IMG/VR virus record: IMGVR_UViG_3300035704_000393
Coordinates: 9,677-73,676 of that record
DNA from: a virus
DNA length: 64,000 nt
Direction: 5' to 3' (one strand)
The position numbers were made by a program, and so were the translations under genes. Below, piece by piece: positions 8,971 through 18,800 of the stretch. Every line of letters begins with the position of its first letter. The stretch's first letter is position 1. The notes below the pieces were generated by a model. It saw only the letters and a program-made list of their open reading frames with translations. It made no database searches and was not told the origin of the DNA.

Positions 8971-9678
8971 GTGCACGACCCCCTCGTGGTGGCCCACACC
9001 ATCGTCCGGCCCTGGCCGCAGCGCAGCTCCCTGCCCGCCACCGGCAGCAGCGGCGACGGCGTGCGCTGGCAGATCCGCCACCACCACACCTGCACCAGCT
9101 ACTGCCGGGACAACGACCCGCCCCACCGGCCCGGCCCGTTCCCCTGGTGGAAACCCCGCTCCTACCGGCGGTTCTGGCGGCTCGCCGGCCGCGACTGGTA
9201 CTGGCCGCCCCTGGTCACCATCTGGCACTCCGAGCCCGGCGGCGCCGACGCCCTCTCGGTCTGCCAGCGCCGCTACCGCGACTCCCGCGGCCAGTGGCGG
9301 TACTCCAAGGGCTGGAGGTGGCATGTCCACCACTGGCACGTCAAGATCGAGCCGTTCACCACCTGGCGGCGGCGGCTGCTGACCCGCTGCGCCTGGTGCG
9401 GCGGCCGGTCCCGCAAACGCGACGAGGTGAACCACTCGTTTTCCTGGGACGGCCCCCGCACCCGCTGGTGGCAAGGCGAACCGGGCCTCTACCACCGCGA
9501 CTGCTCGTCCGCCGCCTCCGCCCACCGCCAGTGCGGCTGCGCCGAGCCCGCCCCGGCGCACGGCACGTGGGGCCACTGCCTGCGCTGCGACAAGCCCTAC
9601 CCGTACGGCCGCACCCCGGAGCAGCTCGCCGTCATCCGGGCGATGGCCGCCGTTCCCGAGGGCACCCGGCCCGGGTAA
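8971..9678 (+). CDS. Hypothetical Trp/Arg/Cys/His-rich protein (several CxxC, likely Zn-binding)
   Basis: AAGGGG RBS plus GTG; CAWCGG and CLRCDK motifs; high GC3. Confidence 0.65.
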   Translation: MHDPLVVAHTIVRPWPQRSSLPATGSSGDGVRWQIRHHHTCTSYCRDNDPPHRPGPFPWWKPRSYRRFWRLAGRDWYWPPLVTIWHSEPGGADALSVCQRRYRDSRGQWRYSKGWRWHVHHWHVKIEPFTTWRRRLLTRCAWCGGRSRKRDEVNHSFSWDGPRTRWWQGEPGLYHRDCSSAASAHRQCGCAEPAPAHGTWGHCLRCDKPYPYGRTPEQLAVIRAMAAVPEGTRPG

Positions 9679-9858
9679 GCCCGGCGGGGCCAGGCCCGGC
9701 GCACGCCGGCAGGCCCCCCGGCGGCGCGCGGCATGGACGGGACCGCAACGCGCGCCGCCGCTTCCCTCAGCGCCACGCGCAACCGGGCCTGGCTGACCAT
9801 CTCATGCCCCGCCTGTGGAGGCGTCATGCACAGGCTGTGAAGAACCTGTGGAGACCGC

Positions 9859-10536
9859 GTGGACGACGCAACCGCCAGGCCGCTCGTAGCGCTGCTCGCC
9901 GCCGCGATCTTCCACCAGGGGCAGGGCTGGCCGCCCGAGACCCTGATCGCCGACGCGGACCGGTTCCTCGCCTGGCTCACCCCACCCGGCCCGGCCGCAC
10001 ACCTGACCCTCACCGTCGAAGGAGATCCCATGCCGCTGACCATCGACTCGGCAGGCGCCAAGGCCGTCCTGGAGTTCGCCGACCGGGAAGGCGAACCGGT
10101 GAACCCGCCGTCCGGCACCCAGGCCACCGCCACCTCGTCCGACCCCGCCGTGCTGGCCGTCGGCCCCGCCCAGGCCGGCACCGACACGGCCAGCGGCGCG
10201 GCCACCATCGAGTTCCCGCTGACCCCGGCCGGCGCCGGCACCGCGACCCTGACCGTGCACGCCACCGACGCGTCCGGCAACCCGCTGCTCGGCCCGGACG
10301 CCGCCACCCCGATCACCGACGCCGCGCCGGTCAACGTCACCGTCAACCCCGGCGCCGCCGCAACCGAGCGGTTCACCGTCCCGGACGCCGCACCCGGCCC
10401 GGTCGGCGGCGGCCTGGGCTCGGCGACCGCCGCGCAGGGACAGCCCGGCACGGCCCCGCCTGACGCCCAGCCGCCCGGCGACCCGCAGGACGCCGGCCCC
10501 GCCCTCACCCAGCAGGACGGCCAGCCCGGGCAGTGA
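9859..10536 (+). CDS. Ig-like-fold hypothetical protein (possible internal start at 10030)
   Basis: Beta-rich Thr/Ala region ATSSDPAVLAV...GTATLTVHATD; AAGGAG RBS before ATG 10030. Confidence 0.55.
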   Translation: MDDATARPLVALLAAAIFHQGQGWPPETLIADADRFLAWLTPPGPAAHLTLTVEGDPMPLTIDSAGAKAVLEFADREGEPVNPPSGTQATATSSDPAVLAVGPAQAGTDTASGAATIEFPLTPAGAGTATLTVHATDASGNPLLGPDAATPITDAAPVNVTVNPGAAATERFTVPDAAPGPVGGGLGSATAAQGQPGTAPPDAQPPGDPQDAGPALTQQDGQPGQ

Positions 10537-10961
10537 CCAGGATGCAGCAGCACGCCCCGTACCCGGCCGACCTGGCCAGCCTGGTCGACGCGCTCGGGTA
10601 CAAGCCGGACTGGCGGATCTGGCTGTCGGACATGGAACGCGACCCGGGCTGCGGCGGGCTGACCCTGGTCATCCAGCGGCACGGCCCCGACACCTACAAC
10701 CCGGACCAGGCCATGCGGGTCAACCACTACTTCCCGGTGCCCGCCGCGTCCTACAACCGGCGTTCCTGGCAGATGTGGCTGTTCCGCCGGTTCCTCGACG
10801 TCGAGCAGCACGAGGCCGCCGAGTTCTTCCAGATCGGCGGCCACCGCCCCTACGCGCCGGTCCACAAACCAGGCTGGGACCCCTACCTCGTGGCCGAACT
10901 AGCCACTGATGAGGAACGTCGGACGTCGTACCTCGGCGAGCTACAGCCCGACAGTCCGTAA
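10533..10961 (+). CDS. Conserved actinophage hypothetical protein
   Basis: GTGA overlap with the previous stop; pattern LGYKPDW...VEQHEAAEFF...PYAPVH. Confidence 0.65.
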   Translation: MTRMQQHAPYPADLASLVDALGYKPDWRIWLSDMERDPGCGGLTLVIQRHGPDTYNPDQAMRVNHYFPVPAASYNRRSWQMWLFRRFLDVEQHEAAEFFQIGGHRPYAPVHKPGWDPYLVAELATDEERRTSYLGELQPDSP

Positions 10962-11052
10962 ACCTGTTCGATAGACTGGGCAAAAGCGTCCCCGCACCTG
11001 CTGTAACAGGCCGGGGACCGGACGGAACCTACCGACGACTTGAGGTCCCGAC

Positions 11053-11559
11053 TTGCCCGATGCTACGCCTGGCCTATGCCAGTGCGGCTGCGGCCAGCCC
11101 GCGCCGATCGCCCCCCGCAACTACCACGGCCGCGGCATCGTCAAGGGCCAGCCGTTCCGGTACATCCACGGGCACTCGGCCGGCTGGAAAGGCGATGACG
11201 TCGGCTACTACGCGCGGCACGCGTACCTGCGCCGCCACTATCCCAAGACCGGGATCTGCGAGGAATGCCGCAACGAGGCCCGGACCGACTACGCCCTGAT
11301 CCACGACCACCCGCCATCACGTAGCCGCGAAGACTACCGGGAGCTGTGCCGCGCCTGCCACAAGCAATACGACGGCGGCGGCGAGCGCAACTACCGGGCC
11401 AAGCTCACCGACGACGCGGTGAGAGACATCAGGCGCCGCGCGGCCACCGAGACAGTCTCGGCGCTAGCGCGTGAATACGACGTGGCCCGGTCGGCAATCC
11501 AGCGCGTCATTGACGGCCGCGGCTGGCGCCATCTGCTCTATCCGGAGGAACTAGGATGA
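11053..11559 (+). CDS. HNH-type endonuclease with N-terminal CxCGCG module and C-terminal HTH
   Basis: CQCGCG, CEEC...LCRACHKQYD, AKLTDDAVRDIR...LAREYDV. Confidence 0.75.
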   Translation: MPDATPGLCQCGCGQPAPIAPRNYHGRGIVKGQPFRYIHGHSAGWKGDDVGYYARHAYLRRHYPKTGICEECRNEARTDYALIHDHPPSRSREDYRELCRACHKQYDGGGERNYRAKLTDDAVRDIRRRAATETVSALAREYDVARSAIQRVIDGRGWRHLLYPEELG

Positions 11560-11876
11560 CCGCTCAGGTCGAGCTGCCCGGCGTGGGCAAGGCAACGACG
11601 TGCGAAGCCTACGGGACCCACCGGCCGCAGCCTCTCCGGTTCGTTTGGCATCACGTCTTGCCGCAAGCATGCGGTGGTAAGACGGAACGTGACAACCTGG
11701 TATCTCTCTGCGACGGGTGTCACTATTCCTGCCATGTCATCATGTGGTTGTTCGGCCACGGCGGCCTGCTCGGCGGGACCCCGCACGGCACCAAGGGGCA
11801 GCGGGCGATCGCCCAGCGCGGCTACGACGAGGCGCTCGCCGCGGGCACCGCGGACAAGATCCCGAAGGAAGCCTGA
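11556..11876 (+). CDS. HNH endonuclease
   Basis: HHVLPQACGG...NLVSLCDGCH; ATGA coupling. Confidence 0.8.
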   Translation: MTAQVELPGVGKATTCEAYGTHRPQPLRFVWHHVLPQACGGKTERDNLVSLCDGCHYSCHVIMWLFGHGGLLGGTPHGTKGQRAIAQRGYDEALAAGTADKIPKEA

Positions 11877-11998
11877 CCGGCCTGCACCGCAGGCCCGGCC
11901 CGGCCCGGCGGAAGATGCTATCTCGAAGTTCCGGGCCTCGGTCTCGGGACGTGCCCGTAGGAGCCAGAGGCGAGCGGCGCCACCAGGTAGCGTACCGC

Positions 11999-12283
11999 TT
12001 ACGGCCCGTTACCGCCAGGGGCCGGGCGGCGCCACGCGAGCCAGGCCGGCAACCGCCCGCCGCGGGGCCGGCACGGCCCGGCCTGGTCCGAGCCGCCGCA
12101 CACGAACCCCCGGTACTCGCAGCCGGTACCGGTGCGCAGCACGACGGCCCGGTAGCCGCACTGGCGGCCGGCCGGGCACGGGCTCCGCGCGCCGATCCGG
12201 GTGACCGCGGCTCCCTCGACCATGAGGAACTCCGGGCTCACGTCGGCCTTGGCAAGCTCAGCGCTCAGGTTCACGGGCGTCAC
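11999..12283 (-). CDS. Small Cys-rich hypothetical protein
   Basis: GTG with a GGGAG RBS inside ORF 11999..12751; four Cys residues. Confidence 0.35.
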   Translation of the reverse strand: MTPVNLSAELAKADVSPEFLMVEGAAVTRIGARSPCPAGRQCGYRAVVLRTGTGCEYRGFVCGGSDQAGPCRPRGGRLPAWLAWRRPAPGGNGP

Positions 12284-12769
12284 GCTCCCGTCAACCCCCC
12301 CGAGATGTTGTGGGACTGCCGTAAACCGTACTACGGCGCGGGGACGGCAGGCGTGACAACCGCGGGGTTTCGCGAGCCGGGCCGGCGGCGGGCCGGCAGG
12401 AAAGCCAGCCCGCCGCCGCACGGTTCCTCCGGGCCGACCTGCCGGGTCAGCCGTATAGGTGCGTGAACTCCGCGTCGTACTCGTGCATCGCCCGTCCTCC
12501 CATCTGGCCTGTCCGGCCCTGGCCGCCGGAGGCCGGGGCCGGACACCGGCACCGTAACAGCGCCAACCCGCGGCGGTCAACACGTCACCCTCCGTGACAG
12601 CCGTCGGTTCGCGATAACAGCCCGGGACCAGGCGCGGATGCAGGGTAAACCCAGGCCCGGGGCCGGCAGCGGCGCGGTGACACGCCAGCGAGCGGTGAAA
12701 CTTGCATCGCCCGGCCCAGTGGATTACGGTAACTGCGACCCTACCGCGCACAGAAGGTCACAGACCGTA

Positions 12770-13612
12770 ATGGCCGCCGAAAACTCGTCCGCCCGCCTGC
12801 TCGGCGCCGAGCTGCGCGGCTGGCGCGACCGCCGCGGCCTGACCGGCGATGCCGTCGCCGGCCGCCTCAGATGGTCCCCGTCCAAGGTCTCCCGCGGCGA
12901 GACAGCCACCACCCGGCTGATCCGCGCGGCCGACCTGGACAAGCTCATCGTCCTCTACCGGATACCGCCCGAGGACGCCGACCGGCTCCGCGGGCTGCGC
13001 GAAGCCGCCGCCGACGGCCTGGACATGACCGGCCCGGGCCAGGACCCCCGCATCGCCGAGCTGCTCATCTGGGCGCCCGACGTGTTCCCCTCTGCGTTCC
13101 GCACCGAGCTGTACGCCCGAGCCCTGATCCGGGCGATGCGCCGCATCCGCCGCTACACCCCGTCCGAGATCAAGGCGGAGATCACCGCCGACCGCGACCT
13201 GCAAGCCCGGCTCCGCGGCGACCGGGCCGCGGACAACGACGGCGACCCGCTGCCCCGGCTGCCCGTGACCTGCGTCCTGGACGAAGCCGTGCTGACCCGC
13301 CGCCGCGGCGCCACCTCGGTCATGGAAGGCCAGCTCGGCCGGCTCGAAGAGATGGCCCGCCTCGGCGGCGTGGAGATCCACGTCCTGCCGCTGGAGGCAG
13401 ACGGCCCCACCAGTGCCCCGTTCGCCCTGCACGGCTACGACGACGAATCCGCCGATACCGTCCTGCTCACCAGCCCGTCCGGGACCGAGTACGTCACCGA
13501 CGAGAAAGCCGTCACCAGTTACCGGTTCCTGCACGAGGACCTGGTAGGCGCCGCCGCCGACGTCGAAGAGACACTCGCCATCATCAAGCAGGCGAGAGGC
13601 CGGTGGGAATGA
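12770..13612 (+). CDS. XRE-family HTH regulator with DUF5753 domain (Streptomyces WhiJ/Scr1-like)
   Basis: LGAELRGWRDRRGLT...WSPSKVSRGE; RTELYARAL, VLDEAVL...VMEGQLGRL...IHVLP. Confidence 0.85.
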   Translation: MAAENSSARLLGAELRGWRDRRGLTGDAVAGRLRWSPSKVSRGETATTRLIRAADLDKLIVLYRIPPEDADRLRGLREAAADGLDMTGPGQDPRIAELLIWAPDVFPSAFRTELYARALIRAMRRIRRYTPSEIKAEITADRDLQARLRGDRAADNDGDPLPRLPVTCVLDEAVLTRRRGATSVMEGQLGRLEEMARLGGVEIHVLPLEADGPTSAPFALHGYDDESADTVLLTSPSGTEYVTDEKAVTSYRFLHEDLVGAAADVEETLAIIKQARGRWE

Positions 13613-14268
13613 CCCCGATCGTCACCGAGATCCGCGAAGGCGCCGTGATCACCGGCTGGGAAGTAATCCGCACCGGGCTGCGCCAGAGCGGCCAGCCCGC
13701 GGCCCGGTGCCGCTGCCCGGAATGCCAGGCCCAGCGGGTCATCCGGACCAGCACCCTGCGCGGCGGAGGCACCCGCCCCTGCCGGCACCGCAAGCCCGGC
13801 CGGGCGGCCCGCCGCGGCCTCGTCCGGCCGCCGCTGGGACGACCCGGCCCGTCCCGAATCCACGCCTGGGCCACCCAGCACGCCGCCGGCCGGACCTTCA
13901 CCACCGCCGAAGCCGCCTCCGCACTGGACATGAGCCGGCCCGCCGCCGCCCAGCACATCGGCGACCTGATCGAGGCCGGACACCTCGTCACCGTCCGGTA
14001 CGCCTGCTACGCGCTGCCCGGCGCCGGCCCGTTCCCGCCGGCAGACCAGGCCGACCGGGAGAAGATCACCCTGTTCCTCGCCGCCGACGGCGGCGGCGCG
14101 TTCGCAGAGATCCGCGCCGCCACCGGGTACAGCTCCAGCCAGCTGACCGCCCTGCTCACGAAGATGGCCGACGACAGGCAGGTGATCCGCCTCGATGAGG
14201 GCCGCGGCGGGTTCTACCTGCTGCCCGGCCAGGAACCCGGCCAGGTCCTCGACATGCCCGGGACATGA
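13609..14268 (+). CDS. DNA-binding protein (Cys-rich N-terminus plus tandem winged HTH)
   Basis: ATGA coupling; CRCPEC; FTTAEAASALDMSRPAAAQHIGDLIEAG; EIRAATGYSSSQL. Confidence 0.6.
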   Translation: MTPIVTEIREGAVITGWEVIRTGLRQSGQPAARCRCPECQAQRVIRTSTLRGGGTRPCRHRKPGRAARRGLVRPPLGRPGPSRIHAWATQHAAGRTFTTAEAASALDMSRPAAAQHIGDLIEAGHLVTVRYACYALPGAGPFPPADQADREKITLFLAADGGGAFAEIRAATGYSSSQLTALLTKMADDRQVIRLDEGRGGFYLLPGQEPGQVLDMPGT

Positions 14269-14486
14269 AACCGCCGCCGACCGGTCCCGAACCCGAGCCG
14301 CTCCGCGGGCTGGCCGGGTTCCTCGGCCTGATGTTCGCGATGTGGGCGTTCGTCGTCGCCGCGACCCTCGCCGGCACCCACCACCTGTGGCCCGTCATGG
14401 GCGTCTGCGCCGCCGGGGCGGCCTGGTCACCGTTCGCCATGTACCAGCACGCCCGCCGCACCGACTCCCGCAACCCTCCCGGGTAA
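14265..14486 (+). CDS. Small two-TM membrane protein
   Basis: ATGA coupling; two hydrophobic segments. Confidence 0.55.
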   Translation: MKPPPTGPEPEPLRGLAGFLGLMFAMWAFVVAATLAGTHHLWPVMGVCAAGAAWSPFAMYQHARRTDSRNPPG

Positions 14487-14729
14487 CGCGCGAGCCGCCC
14501 TGATCATGTCGACGCACCACGCCCCCGACACCCGGCCGATCCGCCCGCAGCCCCGGCACTGCCACGCGTCCAGCTCGACCGCGAGGTCGCCCACCCCGTC
14601 ACAGCCCGGGTGGGCCACGCCGATCGCGGCCTGACCCGGCCCCGGGTAGACGGCACCGCCCGGCGGGATGACCAGCTCGCACTCGTCCCCGCCGATCGGG
14701 TCCGTGAACGCGTGCCGCGCCTCAGCCAC
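14427..14729 (-). CDS. Hypothetical Zn-ribbon protein
   Basis: HPGC...CRGCG; coupled to the upstream minus-strand gene. Confidence 0.5.
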   Translation of the reverse strand: MAEARHAFTDPIGGDECELVIPPGGAVYPGPGQAAIGVAHPGCDGVGDLAVELDAWQCRGCGRIGRVSGAWCVDMIRAARALPGRVAGVGAAGVLVHGER

Positions 14730-15174
14730 CCTCGGGCTCGGGCTCGGGGTCGTGCTCCAGCGCGCCGACCGGAATCCCGAACACCACCGGCCCGTGCGGC
14801 TGCTCGTACACCGGAACGTGCCCCGTGGTCAGCTCCAGCGTCCCGGCCTCGACCCAGAACCGCTCGCCCGCCTCGATGTCCCGCGGCCGGACCCCCGGCG
14901 CCGGCGTGTTGAAGTCCCTGCCCACCGGCCCGGACGTCCGCACCCTGGTGAAATCAGCCATCACGGCCACCCCTCCGGGCGGGCACCCTCGGCCCGCGCC
15001 GCCCGCAGCGTAACCCGGCCCCGGCCCGGCCGTCCGCCGTTTCCCGCGATAGCACCTCCCGCCGCCGTCCAGCAGCGCCAGGGCCAGCAGGATCAGCCCG
15101 ATAACCACGGTCGCCGCGGTGACGATGACCACCTGGCCCACCGTGTCGCCCCACCACCGGTCGCCGTAGCTCAC
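14722..15174 (-). CDS. Hypothetical protein (N-terminal TM; possible second start near 14961)
   Basis: Hydrophobic N-terminus; GGAGG before the internal MADFTR. Confidence 0.45.
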   Translation of the reverse strand: MSYGDRWWGDTVGQVVIVTAATVVIGLILLALALLDGGGRCYRGKRRTAGPGPGYAAGGAGRGCPPGGVAVMADFTRVRTSGPVGRDFNTPAPGVRPRDIEAGERFWVEAGTLELTTGHVPVYEQPHGPVVFGIPVGALEHDPEPEPEGG

Positions 15175-15284
15175 CGCCGCGACCGCCTGAGCAGCTCCGC
15201 GGCCAGCACCACGATCAGCAGCGGCAAGCAGACCAGCGCCCCGGCTGCGAACCCGGCGGCCAGCATGAACAGCGAATCGGTCAC
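15171..15284 (-). CDS. Small single-TM protein
   Basis: GTGA-coupled; TDSLFMLAAGFAAGALVCLPLLIVVLAAELLRRSRR. Confidence 0.5.
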   Translation of the reverse strand: MTDSLFMLAAGFAAGALVCLPLLIVVLAAELLRRSRR

Positions 15285-15403
15285 CAGGCCCTCACCTGGC
15301 CGTAGACAATCAGCTGGAGCACGGCCAGCGCCGCCGCGAACAGTACCGCGGCGACCACCAGGATGGCCAGCTCGATCAGCCGCATCCGCCACCACCGGCT
15401 CAC
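15281..15403 (-). CDS. Small single-TM protein
   Basis: GTGA-coupled; SRWWRMRLIELAILVVAAVLFAAALAVLQLIVYGQVRAW. Confidence 0.5.
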   Translation of the reverse strand: MSRWWRMRLIELAILVVAAVLFAAALAVLQLIVYGQVRAW

Positions 15404-15837
15404 GGCCCGGCCCCGCTGAAACTCCAGCCGCGGTTCAGCGCGTACGGGTACGGGCAGTCGTCGCCGTGGCCGCACCCCTGGATCTGCCGCCGCCACTCCG
15501 CCCGGGCCGCGACCGCCGCCGCGGGCCGCGGACCGTCTGGCATCCCCGGCAGCGCCTGCTCGAAGTCGAGCACCACCAGCTCCGGCGGACCCGGATACTC
15601 GTCCGGGTCGTAGTACTCGTGCAGCTCCCCGAACGGCCCGCCGGTCAGCACGCAGTGCACGTACGGCCGGCCGGGCCGCAGCGGCGGCCAGAACCGGGGC
15701 CGCCGCGCCCCGTGCGCGTTGACCCCGCCGGCGCCCTGCTCGACGCAGGCCGCCCGGACCTGCCAGATGATCTCGCCGCGTGAGCCCAGCAGCTGCCACA
15801 CCCCGGCGTCCCGGTCCAGGACCCATCCCTTATCCAC
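15400..15837 (-). CDS. Hypothetical protein
   Basis: 3' part of ORF 15400..16197 with high GC3; first gene of the antisense mini-operon. Confidence 0.5.
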   Translation of the reverse strand: MDKGWVLDRDAGVWQLLGSRGEIIWQVRAACVEQGAGGVNAHGARRPRFWPPLRPGRPYVHCVLTGGPFGELHEYYDPDEYPGPPELVVLDFEQALPGMPDGPRPAAAVAARAEWRRQIQGCGHGDDCPYPYALNRGWSFSGAGP

Positions 15838-15865
15838 GGCGGCATCGTAGCGGAAGGAGGCGGTC

Positions 15866-18800
15866 ATGCCGGCCCGAACGCGGATGAACGGCGTGCCGAC
15901 CACCCCCGTCGGCCGCCCCGATGTGGTCTGGGGGCTCCCCGGGCAAGGGGGATTGCTCACCGAATGGGCCGAGACAGTTCCGGATCTGACGTGGCCGGAA
16001 TCAATCCGGACATACGGGAGAATGCGCCGGGACAGCAAAATAGCAGCCGTTCTCAGCGCATTCTTCATGCCCATTCTCCGCACAAACTGGGCGGTCGACC
16101 CGGAAGGCGTCACCAAGGCTAAGGCGGTCGACCTGGTAGCCGCGGACCTGGGCCTGCCCGTGCTCGGCCAGAAGGGGCCGCCGCCCGCGATGGCCACCGT
16201 GCCCGGGTTCCACTGGGGCGAGCACCTGCGGCTGGCGCTGCTGCACTACATCTACGGGTTTTTCCCCTTCGAGCGCTGGTACAACGCCAAGTCCAAGGAC
16301 GGCCTGACCCATCTGGCCGGCCTGGACGAGCGGCTGCCGCACACCATCGCGCTGATCGACCTGGCCGACAACGGGCAGATCAAGTCGGTTACGCAGAACA
16401 CCCAGCTGAACCCGCTTACCGCTAACCGCCTTTTGTGGTACGTGAATGAGCGCGAAGGCGCGAACTGGGCGGGCGTGTCAATGCTCCGCGCGGCCTATAC
16501 CCCGTGGGTTCTCAAGCACGAGACAATGCGCGTTCATGCCACCAGCATCCGCCGGTGGGGAATGGGAATGCCGGTCGTCAAGGCGCCCCCCGGCGGCACC
16601 CCCGGCCAGGTCTCCCAGGCGCAGCAGCTCGCCTCGGGGATGCGGGCCGGGGACACCGCCGGCGTCGGCCTGCCCGACGGGTTCAGCGTCGAGATCGCCG
16701 GGATGACCGGCTCCGTGCCCGACGCGCTCGGGTTCCTGAACTACTGCGACCAGCAGATCGCCTCCGCGGCGCTGGCCGTCTTCCTGGAACTCGGCCTGTC
16801 CTCCGGCGGCGCCCGCGCCCTCGGCGACACGTTCCTGGACATGTTCCTGCTGTCGCTCCAGGCAGCCGCTGACGCGATCGCCGACACCATCTCGTACGGC
16901 GTGCCCGCCATGCCGGGCATCGCCCGGGCGCTGACCGACATCAACTTCGGCGAAGACGAGCCGTGCCCGCGGATCGTCGCGACCGACGTCGGCGACCGGC
17001 ACGAGATCACCGCCACCGCGATCCAGCAGCTCGTCATGTGCGGCGCCGTCCAGCCCGACGACGGCCTGGAAGCGTTCATCCGGCAGGCGTGGGACTTCCC
17101 CGCCCGGACCACCCCGCGGACCCCCCCGGCACCGCCCAAGGCCCCCGGGGCGCCCGGCGGCCCGCCGAACCCGGCCGCGCCGTCCAGCCCGAATCCGGCC
17201 GCGCCCGGCCCGCAGCCCGGCGCGCCCCGGCCGCTCACCGGCCCGCCCGGCCGCCGCGGCGGGCAGCCCGCCACCGGCCCGGCCCGCTCTGCCGGCGGAC
17301 CGACAGCAGCCGCCGGCGTGGAAGCAAGCGCCGGCGGCGGCCTGCGACGCCCTCTGACGGAGCTGGAGGCCGCCGCCGGGCTCGACCCCGAAGCCATGCG
17401 CGCCGACCTGGAAACCGCCACCAGCCGGGTACTCGGCCAGTGGGGGTCCGTGCTCCGCGCGCAGCGCGCCGACCTCGCCGACCAGGTAGCCGCCGCCGTC
17501 GATGACGGGCAGCTGCACCAGCTCGCCGCCCTCCAGGCCCCGTCCGGCGACGCCGCCGACGTGCTGTACCGGGCGATGGCCGCAGTCGCCGCCCGCGCCG
17601 CCGGCCGGATGGTCGCCGAAGCGGCCGGGCAGGGCGTCACCATCAACCTGGCCGACGTCGCCATCAACCACCCCCGGCTCCGGCAGCTCGCCACGGCCCG
17701 GGCCTTGATGGCCGGCCAGACGCTGGCCACCGCCGCGTCCCGCCGTGCCCTCCAGGTCGTCACCGCCACGGCAGGCACCGACGCCGCCCGCGAAGTCACC
17801 GCTGTCCTGGCCGGCCTGTCACCCAAGCCGCTGGCCGACCAGCTGACGGCCGCGATGCACTCCGCCGCCAACGAGGCCCGCTTCGCCGTGCTCGACGCCG
17901 GCCCCGGCGCCACCTACACCGCCACCGAGCTGGCCGACGACCCGAACTGCTGCCAGCCCTGCCACGACGTCGACGGCCACCAGTTCGCCAGCCTCGCGGA
18001 TGCGCGAGCGTCCTACGCCAACGGCGCCTACATCCACTGCCTCGGCGGGCTCCGCTGCCGCGGCACCGTCGTCGCGTCCTGGCCCGAGGAAGGCGGGCAG
18101 CCCGCCGAGCCCGGCTGGCCGCACAACCTGACCCCGCCGCCCGACCTCACCATCGGCCCGGGCGTGGCCGCCGGGTTCGACCCCGGCGAGCGACGCGACC
18201 CGCACACCGGCCAGTGGACCGGAGAAGGCGGCAGCACGGCCCGCACCCTGACCCGCAAGGGCCACGGGAAGCTATCCGCCGTCGACCGGCTCGGCGCCAT
18301 CCGCGCCGACGGCACCTTTGAGCCCATCACCGCCGCCGAAGGCGCCCGCGGCGACTCCCGGCCCGTGTCGATGGCGGAGTTCCAGCGGCTCGCCGCCGAA
18401 GGCCGCGAGAAGCTCGCCCGGTTCCGCGCCGAGTCCGCCGCACCCGCCGGCCTGGACGCCAAATGGGACACGATCAAGAACGACGCGTGGGCCGAGGTGC
18501 AGAAGCCCTGGGGCGGCGCCACCATCGACGCGCACACCGGCGAGCCCCTCCAGACCGCCGCCGCGCGGTACGCGCTCACCGTCAAACCGGTCGACCTGGA
18601 CCCGGTGTCGGTCCCGGAGAAGGCGTCCGAGGCCCAGTTCAAGGCCGCGATGGACGAAGCCCGGCGGCGGTTCGCCGACCAGCTCGCCGCCCGGCAGGCA
18701 TACCTCGGCGTGTTCCACGACGACGACCAGGGCCGCATCGACATCGACCCCACCCTCGTGGTCGACAACCTGCACGACGTCGAGACCATCGGCGCGTTCA

